The notes below the pieces were generated by a model, which ran no database searches, was not told the DNA's origin, and saw nothing but the letters and a program-made list of their open reading frames with translations. A program made the translations under genes and the position numbers. Positions 36,525 through 45,534 of a stretch of DNA of 64,000 nt are shown in pieces (the stretch's first letter is position 1; the number at the start of each line of letters is the position of its first letter). Source of the stretch: Myxococcota bacterium (GTDB lineage Bacteria; Myxococcota_A; UBA9160; UBA6930); NCBI GenBank assembly GCA_965223705.1, contig OZ245015.1, positions 2,400,001 through 2,464,000 on the forward strand, read 5' to 3'.

Positions 36525-37819
36525 AACGTCACCTCGATATCCGTTCGCAAGCGCACGCGGTCCGAGCGACTGGCGGCACCCGCCGGAAGGCCTGAGAAAA
36601 AAATCGGATCCGATTCGAGTTCGTCGGCGACGAAGAGTTCGAACTTCAGGTCGGTGTTGGGCAAGACGCGCTTCTTGCCGTAGAGGGCAACGCCATCCCG
36701 ATTTGTGAAGCCATCGAAAAGAACGCTGTCGCTGAAATTCGCCGGGAAGGCATTCGCTTCGAACTTCCAGTACGCGAGACCCAGCGACGCGATCTCGCTG
36801 GCGCGGCCGACCTCGATTCCCATTCCCAAGGCCTGGTCCTCCTCGCCCGCCCCGGCCACGCGGCGGGCGTCCAGGTTCCGTACGTACGTTCCGTAGAGCA
36901 CGAGAGGCCAGCGATCGATTCCGGTGTACCGACCGTAGAGTGAAGTCTCGAGCACTGTGATTTTGCTGCCGAGGCCGCCCACGAGGTTGCCATCGGACGT
37001 GTTCGCCGCAAAGAAACCGTCCTGCAACGACCGGAAGTTGTAGAACGTCCCGCGGCCTCCCCAGGCAAAGGTGTCGGTCAGCGCCGTTTCACCGCCCAAC
37101 TGGATGCCGAACATGTGAGGATCCCGGCCTCCCCCTTCTTCATCGATGATGAAGTAGCCGCCATTGGCGAAGAGGCTGGTGCGATCGTTCCGTTCCGTGA
37201 GGAAGCGAACGGCGACGCCCTCGGGTGCGATATCGGCATCCCAAAGGAAGTCCTTGCCGACGCTCCACCGAAACGGATTCGGGACTTTCCCGAAGAGTAC
37301 TCGGCTCTCGAGGTCACCGTTCTCGTGGCGGGCTTCGAGGAAGGCCTGACGCAAGAAGATGCCGTGGGCATCGAACTCTTGAGACCCGCCGCGTCCGCTG
37401 TCGCCCAAGGTCTGCGTCGCGCTGTTGTGATTCTCTCCGCTCGTCAGCAGGAAGCCGGCGGAGAGCCAATCGTTGACCTGGGCGCGTCCCTTGAGCCGGA
37501 GCCGATAGCGGAGGCGGTAGCGATCCCGCGCCGTTTCCCCGTCAGCGCCCCGGTCGTACCAAAAGGATTCGTGCCGGGCGCGGAAATCACCGGAGAACGA
37601 AAAGCGATCCCAGGGCGCCTGCTCGTCGGCTTCGTAGGCGGCGTTCTTCGCGCGCAGGGTCGCGTAGGCTTGATCGTCGATCAGACCTCGACTGCGGAGG
37701 ATTCCGAGCACGTCCTCGATGACCGGAGTATCCGAAGCCCTACCGGCGGCGGGCAGTGCCAGGCAGCCAAGGAGCAACCCCTGGACCACATAACGTCGCG
37801 AGCGCATAGGTTCCCCCAT
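36521..37819 (-). CDS. Outer-membrane porin (putative porin / OprP-like beta-barrel)
   Basis: Signal peptide, FSGDFRARHE, RDRYRLRYRLRL, alternating beta-strands, C-terminal Phe (DIEVTF). Start is 37819 or 37807. Confidence 0.8.
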   Translation of the reverse strand: MGEPMRSRRYVVQGLLLGCLALPAAGRASDTPVIEDVLGILRSRGLIDDQAYATLRAKNAAYEADEQAPWDRFSFSGDFRARHESFWYDRGADGETARDRYRLRYRLRLKGRAQVNDWLSAGFLLTSGENHNSATQTLGDSGRGGSQEFDAHGIFLRQAFLEARHENGDLESRVLFGKVPNPFRWSVGKDFLWDADIAPEGVAVRFLTERNDRTSLFANGGYFIIDEEGGGRDPHMFGIQLGGETALTDTFAWGGRGTFYNFRSLQDGFFAANTSDGNLVGGLGSKITVLETSLYGRYTGIDRWPLVLYGTYVRNLDARRVAGAGEEDQALGMGIEVGRASEIASLGLAYWKFEANAFPANFSDSVLFDGFTNRDGVALYGKKRVLPNTDLKFELFVADELESDPIFFSGLPAGAASRSDRVRLRTDIEVTF

Positions 37820-37825
37820 TCCATT

Positions 37826-37849
37826 CGTTATTCCCGTCGGGATATAACC
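37826..37849. promoter_or_regulatory. ModE-type operator
   Basis: CGTTAT-N12-ATAACC, close to the ModE consensus CGTTAT-N12-ATAACG, between modE and the porin start. Confidence 0.75.
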
Positions 37850-37873
37850 GGAGCAGAGGAAATACGTCAATTG

Positions 37874-38236
37874 CTACGGGGCACCCCGATTGCGCAAGAA
37901 CGCGAGATTTTTTGAGGTCGCCGCTCTGGCCTCTTCTTCGATCGCATGGAAACGCGCGATGAGTTCCCGTCCGAAGTCGGTCAGCAGGGCACCGCCACCG
38001 GAGCGTCCCCCCGTCGCAGCGGAGGTGACTGGCTCACGGAAGCAGCGGTTCAGGTCGTCGACCAGTTCCCAAGCGTGCCGATACGCCATCTGGAGTTCTC
38101 GGGCAGCTGCGGAAATCGAGCCGGTCTCCTCGATGGCTTCGAGGAGCTCGATCTTCCCCGGCCCGATCTTGTGACCGTCGACGTAGACCGTGACGCGAAG
38201 CCCCGTGTGCCCGCGTTTTGCGGAGCGGCGCGACAG
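37874..38236 (-). CDS. modE: Short ModE-type winged-HTH regulator without TOBE domains; probable CTG start
   Basis: The frame upstream of the track's ATG 38089 reads (L)SRRSAKRGHTGLRVTVYVDGHKIGPGKIELLEAIEETGSISAAARELQMAYRHAW..GGRSGGGALLT. No ATG/GTG/TTG lies between it and the in-frame TAG at 38240-38242. Confidence 0.85.
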   Translation of the reverse strand: MSRRSAKRGHTGLRVTVYVDGHKIGPGKIELLEAIEETGSISAAARELQMAYRHAWELVDDLNRCFREPVTSAATGGRSGGGALLTDFGRELIARFHAIEEEARAATSKNLAFLRNRGAP

Positions 38237-38239
38237 CGG

Positions 38240-38881
38240 CTAGCCGCTGAGCGCCTTGAGCGCCTCGGCTTGATCGGCGTCGACGCGTTTCGTGGACTCT
38301 CGAGCGTTCGTCGCCGCCAGGCTCTCCGCCAATCCCGGGACCTCAGCCACGAGATCCCAGCCGTAGATCGCTTGCCCAACCATGCCGGCGTAACCGAAGG
38401 TATTGTGCGCGACGATGTCCGCGTAGGTGAACTCACTACCGCAGAGGTACGGCCCGAACGTCGCGAGCTGCGCGACGGCGCCGAGCGCGTTTTCGATGAC
38501 AGGTCGCGCTTCTTCCACCGCAGCGTCGGACTTGGGACCTTTGAAAAACACGTGCCCGAAATGCCGACGAGCGCTCAGCTCGATGTAGAGCTCGAGCACT
38601 CGCGAGATCTCCCGGACCTTCGCTCGCGCGTATGGATCGCTCGGGAGCAAGGCAGGTTTCGGCAGGATCTCCTCGACGTACTCGAGGATCGCGCTCGTCT
38701 CGGAAAGCGGACCGTGTTCCGTCATCAGGAAAGGCACCTTCCCCATGGGTCCCTTCGCCTTGAACCCCGGCTCTTGACTCGGAGGGTTGGCGACCTCCTT
38801 GAAGTCGGCCCCTTTCTCGAGGAGCGCGTGCTTGACCATGTTGTAGTAGTTGCTGACCGGAATACCGTGTAGCTCGAGCAT
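38240..38881 (-). CDS. Glutathione S-transferase family protein
   Basis: SNYYNMVK, PMGKVPFL, LSETSAI, FTYADI; paralog of 2974-3627. Confidence 0.92.
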   Translation of the reverse strand: MLELHGIPVSNYYNMVKHALLEKGADFKEVANPPSQEPGFKAKGPMGKVPFLMTEHGPLSETSAILEYVEEILPKPALLPSDPYARAKVREISRVLELYIELSARRHFGHVFFKGPKSDAAVEEARPVIENALGAVAQLATFGPYLCGSEFTYADIVAHNTFGYAGMVGQAIYGWDLVAEVPGLAESLAATNARESTKRVDADQAEALKALSG

Positions 38882-38991
38882 CGGGAGCCTCCTTCAGGGG
38901 AAGCCTACACCAACGGAGCGGTGCTCGGCTGGCCGCCGGTCGCACCTCCGGGTTACGGTGGTGGAGCACACGGCTTCCCGGGAGGACCTTC

Positions 38992-41088
38992 ATGCACTCT
39001 CTTTTCACTTGCTTCGCGCTGCTCATCGCCGCGACGCCCGGGTTTGCGGCGACCGTTGTCGACGACGCGGCGCTCGCCGACGATTCAGACGGCAAGCACT
39101 GGCTCAGCTACGGGCGCACCTACAGCGAGACCCGCTACAGCCCGCTTGACGCGATCAACACGGAAACGGTGCCTCGCCTCGGCATTTCCTGGTACCTCGA
39201 TCTGCCGAACGACCGCACGCTGACCTCGACACCGCTCGCCGTCGACGGCGTCCTCTACTTCACGGGGAGCTACAGCGTGACGCGCGCCGTCGATGCGCGG
39301 ACCGGGAAGATCCTCTGGGAATACGATCCGGAATCCATCGCACACGGCGGCGACAAACTGCGCATCATGTGGGACACGAGTCGTGGGCTCGCCTATTGGA
39401 AGGGCCACGTCATCATCGCCACGATCGACGGGCGGTTGGTCTCTCTCAACGCGAAGACCGGCGAGCGCGTCTGGGAGACCGTCACCGTCCCCGAGGACAA
39501 GGCGTACTACATCACGGGCGCACCCAAGGTGTTCCGCGACAAGGTGATCATCGGCAACGGCGGAACCGAGCAAGAGGCTGCGCGCGGTTACGTGGTCGCG
39601 TACGACGTGGCGACGGGCGAGGAAGCTTGGCGCTTCTACGTCGTGCCGGGGAACCCAGCCGACGGGTTCGAGAATGAAGCCATGGAGATGGCGGCGAAGA
39701 CCTGGACCGGGAGTTGGTGGGAGTTCGGCGGAGGCGGAAACGTCTGGAACGGAATCACTTACGATCCAGAGTTCAACCAAATCATCATGGGCACGGGCAA
39801 CGGATCGCCGTGGAACCGAAAGATCCGCAGCCCGGGCGGAGGCGACAACCTCTTCCTCTGCTCGCTCGTCGCCGTCGACGCGGACACGGGCGCGTACAAG
39901 TGGCACTACCAGACCGTTCCGGGAGAAACCTGGGACTACAACTCGAACATGGACATTTCGCTGACCGAGATCACCATCGGCGGCGAAGCGAAGAAGGTCC
40001 TCCTTCACGCGCCCAAGAACGGCTTCTTCTACGTCATCGATCGGCAAAACGGTTCGCTTCTTTCGGCGGAGAAAATCGGCAAGGCCACCTGGGCGAGCCA
40101 CATCGACATGGAGACCGGACGTCCGGTCGAAGTCGAAGGCTCCCGCTACGAGGACGGGGAAGAACTCGTCTGGCCGAGTCCTTTTGGCGTTCACAGCTGG
40201 CACGCGATGTCCTACAGCCCGAAGACCGGCCTGGCCTACATCCCGACCATCGAGATGCCGGCGGTCTTCACGGACAAGGGCATCGACCTCAAGGCCTGGC
40301 GCTCACCGAAATACCGCCTCCGCGCGGGTGTCGCCTTCGGGACCGAGGATTCCGATCCGGAGACGGGGCTCGCGAAGCTCCTCGCCTGGGACCCCGTCAA
40401 GCAAGAACGTGCGTGGGAAGTCGCGCTCCCCAAGAACTGGAACCCGGGCACGATGGCGACGGCCGGAAACCTCGTGTTCCAAGGGCGCGCGTCCGGAGAC
40501 TTCGTCGCGTACGACGCGAGAAGTGGCGAGGAGCTGTGGTCCACCCACCTGGGCCTCGGCATCTCGGCTCCGCCGATCACCTACGAGGTCGACGGCGTCC
40601 AATACGTCTCGCTCCTCGTGGGTTGGGGTGGCGCCGGTCTCAACACGGGCTCCCTGGCCGCGCAGCACGGCTGGGCCTACAAGAAGCATCCGCGCAGGCT
40701 ATTCACGTTCTCGCTCGACGGCGACGTGTCGCCGCCGCCTTCACCGCCTCCCTACTTCCCGAAGCCCGTCGACGTCGAAGACCTCGTGATCGACACCGAG
40801 CTCGCGGCGGTGGGCCAGCAGGCGTATGCAGAAGCGTGCTTGTGGTGTCACGGCGGTGCGACGGTATCCGGGGGGAACGGCCCCGATCTTCGCGAAGCGC
40901 CGACGGCTCTTGCGCTCGATACCTTCCGCGAAGTCGTCCTCAAGGGGCGCATTCCGCTCGGGATGCCCGCATTCCACGACTACCAGGAGCGAGAGATCGC
41001 AGGCCTGTTCCACTACATCCGGCAGCAGGCGAGAAAGTCGGTGGCCGCCGGCGTGCACGCGGCAGCAGCGGAGCGAGCCGCGCCCTAG
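38992..41088 (+). CDS. PQQ-dependent quinohemoprotein dehydrogenase (type II ADH-like, C-terminal cytochrome c)
   Basis: Signal peptide, WLSYGRTYSETRYSPL, YITGAP, GGGGNVW, WHYQTVPGETWDYN, APKNGFFYVIDR, heme CLWCH. Confidence 0.92.
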   Translation: MHSLFTCFALLIAATPGFAATVVDDAALADDSDGKHWLSYGRTYSETRYSPLDAINTETVPRLGISWYLDLPNDRTLTSTPLAVDGVLYFTGSYSVTRAVDARTGKILWEYDPESIAHGGDKLRIMWDTSRGLAYWKGHVIIATIDGRLVSLNAKTGERVWETVTVPEDKAYYITGAPKVFRDKVIIGNGGTEQEAARGYVVAYDVATGEEAWRFYVVPGNPADGFENEAMEMAAKTWTGSWWEFGGGGNVWNGITYDPEFNQIIMGTGNGSPWNRKIRSPGGGDNLFLCSLVAVDADTGAYKWHYQTVPGETWDYNSNMDISLTEITIGGEAKKVLLHAPKNGFFYVIDRQNGSLLSAEKIGKATWASHIDMETGRPVEVEGSRYEDGEELVWPSPFGVHSWHAMSYSPKTGLAYIPTIEMPAVFTDKGIDLKAWRSPKYRLRAGVAFGTEDSDPETGLAKLLAWDPVKQERAWEVALPKNWNPGTMATAGNLVFQGRASGDFVAYDARSGEELWSTHLGLGISAPPITYEVDGVQYVSLLVGWGGAGLNTGSLAAQHGWAYKKHPRRLFTFSLDGDVSPPPSPPPYFPKPVDVEDLVIDTELAAVGQQAYAEACLWCHGGATVSGGNGPDLREAPTALALDTFREVVLKGRIPLGMPAFHDYQEREIAGLFHYIRQQARKSVAAGVHAAAAERAAP

Positions 41089-42297
41089 CTATTCGAAGGC
41101 CCCCGCCTCCCTCACTGCGGCAATTCGGCGCTCGTCGTAGCCGAGCTCGCGAAGGACTTCTTCGTTGTGTTCCCCGACCGTCGGAGCGCGGCGAGAGGGA
41201 ACCTTGGGCTCGTCTTTCAGCCAGATCGGGCTGTTGACCACGCGAACGTTGTCGATCGAGTCGTGGGCGACGTCGATGAACACATCGTTCGCTTGCATCT
41301 GAGGATCTTCGACGGATTCCTCGGTCTTGCCCACGCCGCCGAACGTGATCTTGGCCTCGTCGAGGACTTTCTGCCAGAACGCGAAATCCCGCTTCGTGAA
41401 CTCTTCCTCGAGAATCGACGCCAACGCCTGTGCGTTCTCGAGAAGCGACGCGCGATCCTTGAAGCGAGGGTCCTCGGTGAGTTCGGCGCGGTCGATCGCC
41501 GCGGCGAGCCGGGGCCAGTCGCGCTCGGGCTGCAGCATGACCAGCAGGAAGAAGCGCCCATCGCGGGTGCTGTACTGATTGATGAGGGCGTTCGGCGGAT
41601 TATCTCGCCGTACGCCCTGGATCGGCGGGCAACCGGCCAAGATCGAAGAGATCGCGCACGCGTTCGACCACGCTCCGTTCGCGAGGAGCGAGCTCGAGAC
41701 CTTCGTGCCCTTTCCCGTCCGCTCTCTTCGCAGCAATGCGAGAAGCACGCCGCTGAACAGTGACATCGCGCTCGGGTGGTCGCCCATCCCCGGTGCCGGT
41801 AGCGCCGGCTCTCCGTCGGGCGTGCGAATGGCGTCCATCAGGCCCGTACGGGCCCAGTACGCCGTTGCGTCGAAGCCGGGACGATCGATTTCCGGACCGA
41901 TCTCGCCGTAGCCCGTCACTTGGGCATAGATCAGGCGATCGTTTTCCGGTGAGAGATCTTCGTAGCGGACTCGGAGTTTCTCGAGGACGCGCGGCGGAAA
42001 GTTCGTGACGAACACGTCGGCGCGGCGCACGAGATCGAGGAGCACTTCGCGCGCTTCGGGAACGAACATGTTGAGCGCCACGCCGCGCTTGTTTCGGTTG
42101 TCGAGCTGAAACATGTAGTCGAGCTCGTTGGGCTCGAAAGGCGGAACCTTGTGCGCGTGCCGGTACGGGTCGCCCATACCCGGTGTCTCGACCTTGATCA
42201 CGTCCGCTCCGTAGTCCGACATGACGGTGGTGCTCGCCGGTCCGAAGATAAAGGTCGCCATATCGATCACGCGAAGGCCGCTCAGAACGTGTTCCAC
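41089..42297 (-). CDS. Family III CoA-transferase (CaiB/BaiF)
   Basis: LSGLRVID, GADVIKVE..GDP, NRNKRG, GYG..GP....GFD. Confidence 0.92.
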   Translation of the reverse strand: MEHVLSGLRVIDMATFIFGPASTTVMSDYGADVIKVETPGMGDPYRHAHKVPPFEPNELDYMFQLDNRNKRGVALNMFVPEAREVLLDLVRRADVFVTNFPPRVLEKLRVRYEDLSPENDRLIYAQVTGYGEIGPEIDRPGFDATAYWARTGLMDAIRTPDGEPALPAPGMGDHPSAMSLFSGVLLALLRRERTGKGTKVSSSLLANGAWSNACAISSILAGCPPIQGVRRDNPPNALINQYSTRDGRFFLLVMLQPERDWPRLAAAIDRAELTEDPRFKDRASLLENAQALASILEEEFTKRDFAFWQKVLDEAKITFGGVGKTEESVEDPQMQANDVFIDVAHDSIDNVRVVNSPIWLKDEPKVPSRRAPTVGEHNEEVLRELGYDERRIAAVREAGAFE

Positions 42298-42299
42298 AG

Positions 42300-43010
42300 T
42301 CACTTCTCCTTCGTCAAAGACGGGCCGCCCGCGCGGCATTGAGGACGCTTCTCTTCGAGTCGATCAAACAGATACGACGCCGAGACCGAGTGCGCGATCA
42401 CGTGCCCGACTCCCGGTAGCACCCGAAGCCATACCGTCGCACCGATTTCGCGCAGGCGCTCCTCGGTCTCCCGCATGCGCGTGGCCCAGCGTGCGTCTTC
42501 TTCGCCGACGATCATGTCCACGGGAAGACCCCGAAGGCGCGAGAGGCGGTCGAAGTCGGCGCGGTTTCCCGGGAGCCCCGGCAAGACCAAGATCGAGCAG
42601 AAGAGCTCCGGATCGTTCTCGGCGACGCGAAACGCGGCGATTCCCCCGTTGCTGATACCCGCCACATGGAAGCGACCTGCCTCGATGCGGTATCGCCCCT
42701 TGAGCTCCGCGAGTAGGCTCGGAATCAGCTTTTCCGATCCGTCGAAGAAGAGCTTGCCTCCAGGCGCGACGGGGCTCGCCACGATCCAGCCGCGGCCCCG
42801 ACCGTGCCGCCAATAGGTACGGTCGGCAATCTCCACCATGGCGACGTCCTGAGGGCCCGGTGGGAGGGCGAGGAGAGCGGGATAAGCCTTTTCCGGGTCG
42901 AACGGTTCCGGAAGCGTCAGCAAGTACTCGAGCTCCGCCGTCTCCGCCGTGGCCCCGAGCGGAGCCCCGCACGCCAGAGCGACGAGCAACAACCGAAGAG
43001 CGATTCGCAA
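42300..43010 (-). CDS. Exported esterase / alpha-beta hydrolase
   Basis: Signal peptide, GISNGG nucleophile, GEED, GVGH; GGAGG SD before TTG 43010. Confidence 0.75.
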   Translation of the reverse strand: MRIALRLLLVALACGAPLGATAETAELEYLLTLPEPFDPEKAYPALLALPPGPQDVAMVEIADRTYWRHGRGRGWIVASPVAPGGKLFFDGSEKLIPSLLAELKGRYRIEAGRFHVAGISNGGIAAFRVAENDPELFCSILVLPGLPGNRADFDRLSRLRGLPVDMIVGEEDARWATRMRETEERLREIGATVWLRVLPGVGHVIAHSVSASYLFDRLEEKRPQCRAGGPSLTKEK

Positions 43011-43050
43011 GCGGAGCCTCCAGCACAGCCCCGGAGGCTGTCGCGAGAGC

Positions 43051-45414
43051 CTAGGTTTGCGGGGTCGCGACGTCGACCGACGCTTTCTCCGGCAATGGAG
43101 CGAAGGCGCCCGCTCTCGTGCGGAACCGCGCCCCGACGAGGAGCAGGCTCGGGAGCAGCAGGAAGTCCGCAACGAGCGCTGCGCCGATGGTCATCGCCAT
43201 CAAGAGGCCGAAATGTGCGTTCGCTTGGAAGTCGGAACTCGCCAACACCGCGAAGCCCGCCAGGAGAATGAGTGACGATCGAGCGAGCGCGGGTCCGGCC
43301 TCGGTCAGGGCAAAGCGGATGGCGCGTTCCGGCGTCGCGCCGGCGCGGCGCTTGGAGACGTACCGAGACAGGAGGTGAACCGTGGCGTCGACGATCAGTC
43401 CCAGGCTCGCAGCGCTGACGACCGAAACCGCGAGGCCCACTTCCCGAAAGGTCAATCCCCAGACGCCGAAAGCAACCAACGAGGGCACGACGTTGGGAAC
43501 CAGACTGAGCACGCCGATCGATGCGTTGCGGAACGCCACGATCAATACGAGCGCAATTGCCACAAACGCGACGAGGGTGCCCACCGTCATCGCTTCGATG
43601 CTCCGCTTCGAGAGGTTCGCAAAGAGGAGCGCGATTCCGGTGCCTCGGACATGGGTCGCCGGCGGGCCGTTGGCCGCGAGCCACCCGGAAATTTCCGACT
43701 CGATGGCTCGCAGCTCCGTCGCCCGCGCACCGTTGACCGCGATCACGACCTGGGACGTGGAACGCTCCACGTCGAGCTGGTGATTGAGGTCCAGCCCGTA
43801 GGGCAGCGACATCTCGTAGAGCAGGAGATATTGCGCGATGAGCGCACGATCGTCGGGAATCGTTTCGAACGCGGTATCGCCGCCATGCAGGTCGCGGTGC
43901 AAGCGCTTGACGACGTCGGACCAGACGACGACGTGGGCGACGCCCTCGTGCCCGCGAAGCCACACCGCGAAGTGATCGAGAAAGCGCAGGTACTCGGGGT
44001 CGGCCACGGCTCCGCTCTGGCCGGCGGGAACGGCGTAGTGGATCGTGAAGAGCCCCGGCATCCGCTCGGCGGCGAAGTCGGTGTCGCGGCGAAACGGCGT
44101 CGATTCGTCGAACCACGTCGTGAACAGATCGTCGACGACGATCCGCGGGATCGCGAGCGCCGACACCGCGACGATCGCAACGCTGAGTCCCAAGGTGAGC
44201 GCCGGCCGCCCGATGAGACGGTTGATCGTCATTTCAAAGGTTGCGCTCCGCTCCCTTCTGCGGGTGTTTCCTTCGGGAACGGTCGCGAGCCACGCCGGCA
44301 GGAAAGACACCGACAGCAACCACGCCGCTCCGACGCCAAACGCCGTGATGAGGCCCAGGTCGATGTAAGGGGGCACACCGCTCGCCCGCAGCGCCACGAA
44401 CCCGATCAACGTCGTGAGACTCGTCAGGAAGAGCGGCCAACCGTTCGATCGGAGAGCCTCGGCGATCGAGGCCTCACGGCTCGCGCCGGCCCGTCGCCTC
44501 TTCCGGTACGCGACGACGAGATGGACACCATCTGCGACGGCGATGGTCAGAATCAATGTGGGGGCGTTCGCCGAAGGCGGAGTCATCGGGATGCCGAGCC
44601 AACCGGCGAGCCCGAGCGCGAACAGGCTGGCAGCCGCCGCAACGGTGAGGATCCCGACGGTCGCCCAGCCCGATCCCAAGCTCCACACCATCGCGAGGGC
44701 GAGCACGCCGAGCATCACCGGAAACAGGAACCCCAAATCGCGCTTCGCAGCGCGGTCCATGGCGTCGGCGAGCGGCGCGATCCCGGTCACACCCACCCGC
44801 AGGTCCGGCGATCGCGTCTCGAGCTCACGCGCCAGGCCCCGTGCAAACTCGGTCGTCGCGGTGGCTCCACTGCCGTCCTTGGGCAGACTCAAGGTCACGT
44901 GAACCGTCGCCGCTCGACCGTCCGCGGCGACGAGACGCCCCCGTACCTGAGGGTCGTTGAGGGCGATCGCGCGGATGCCCGGGATTTGGTCCGCGGCGAG
45001 CGAGCCCGACGGAACGAGGTCTTCGACAAACAAGTGGTCCCCGACCGCTCGTGTGTGCTGATAATTCGTCAGCGAATCGACACGCACCGCACCGGGGGTC
45101 TGCCAGCTCTCCTCAGTGAGCCATCGCAGCGCTTCGAGCTGTCCGGTTCTGAAGATCTCGCCCTGTGTCGGGGCAATGACGAACGCCAGGCTGTCGTTTG
45201 GCGTGAAGGTTCGCTCGAGTCGCAGGAACGCTTGCAGCTCGGAGCTCGCGGCGTCGAGGTGATACGTGTAGTCGGACGTAAACCGAAGCGAACCCAAGCC
45301 GGCGCTGCCCGCAGCCACCCAGAGGATCGTCAAGGCGAAGACGAGCCCGCGGTATCGAACGACGGCGTCGGCGAAAGCCACCCCGCGCAGCTTCTGAAAA
45401 GGGCCCTGTCGCAT
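43051..45414 (-). CDS. MMPL/RND family transporter
   Basis: Two repeats with IAVADGVH and GLIVDATVH, LTSLTTLIGF, large periplasmic loops; GGGGAG SD before ATG 45414. Confidence 0.9.
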   Translation of the reverse strand: MRQGPFQKLRGVAFADAVVRYRGLVFALTILWVAAGSAGLGSLRFTSDYTYHLDAASSELQAFLRLERTFTPNDSLAFVIAPTQGEIFRTGQLEALRWLTEESWQTPGAVRVDSLTNYQHTRAVGDHLFVEDLVPSGSLAADQIPGIRAIALNDPQVRGRLVAADGRAATVHVTLSLPKDGSGATATTEFARGLARELETRSPDLRVGVTGIAPLADAMDRAAKRDLGFLFPVMLGVLALAMVWSLGSGWATVGILTVAAAASLFALGLAGWLGIPMTPPSANAPTLILTIAVADGVHLVVAYRKRRRAGASREASIAEALRSNGWPLFLTSLTTLIGFVALRASGVPPYIDLGLITAFGVGAAWLLSVSFLPAWLATVPEGNTRRRERSATFEMTINRLIGRPALTLGLSVAIVAVSALAIPRIVVDDLFTTWFDESTPFRRDTDFAAERMPGLFTIHYAVPAGQSGAVADPEYLRFLDHFAVWLRGHEGVAHVVVWSDVVKRLHRDLHGGDTAFETIPDDRALIAQYLLLYEMSLPYGLDLNHQLDVERSTSQVVIAVNGARATELRAIESEISGWLAANGPPATHVRGTGIALLFANLSKRSIEAMTVGTLVAFVAIALVLIVAFRNASIGVLSLVPNVVPSLVAFGVWGLTFREVGLAVSVVSAASLGLIVDATVHLLSRYVSKRRAGATPERAIRFALTEAGPALARSSLILLAGFAVLASSDFQANAHFGLLMAMTIGAALVADFLLLPSLLLVGARFRTRAGAFAPLPEKASVDVATPQT

Positions 45415-45534
45415 CGACTCCCCCAAGTCGCTGCGAAGTCTCACCGCTACGTCCGAAACGGACATCGGTGAAACCCCTGAGTTCCGCGGGGGGTTCCCTA
45501 GAGGGGTTGTCGGCCGAAGCGTGGGGCAGCTTGA

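Noticed and set aside
38240..38242. Genome-wide amber recoding (pyrrolysine or alternative code)
   Set aside because: Many genes here end at TAG at their expected C-termini, so TAG is a normal stop. Only local readthrough remains possible.
43375..45471. 698-aa plus-strand ORF, and similar long ORFs at 7586-9091, 14614-15954, 25908-27377 and 39714-41237
   Set aside because: Antisense or alternate-frame shadows typical of high-GC coding DNA; no motifs, and they overlap well-supported genes.
45466..45534. AACCCCT...AGGGGTT inverted repeat upstream of the MMPL gene
   Set aside because: A 7-bp stem with a 23-nt loop and no U-tract; could be chance.
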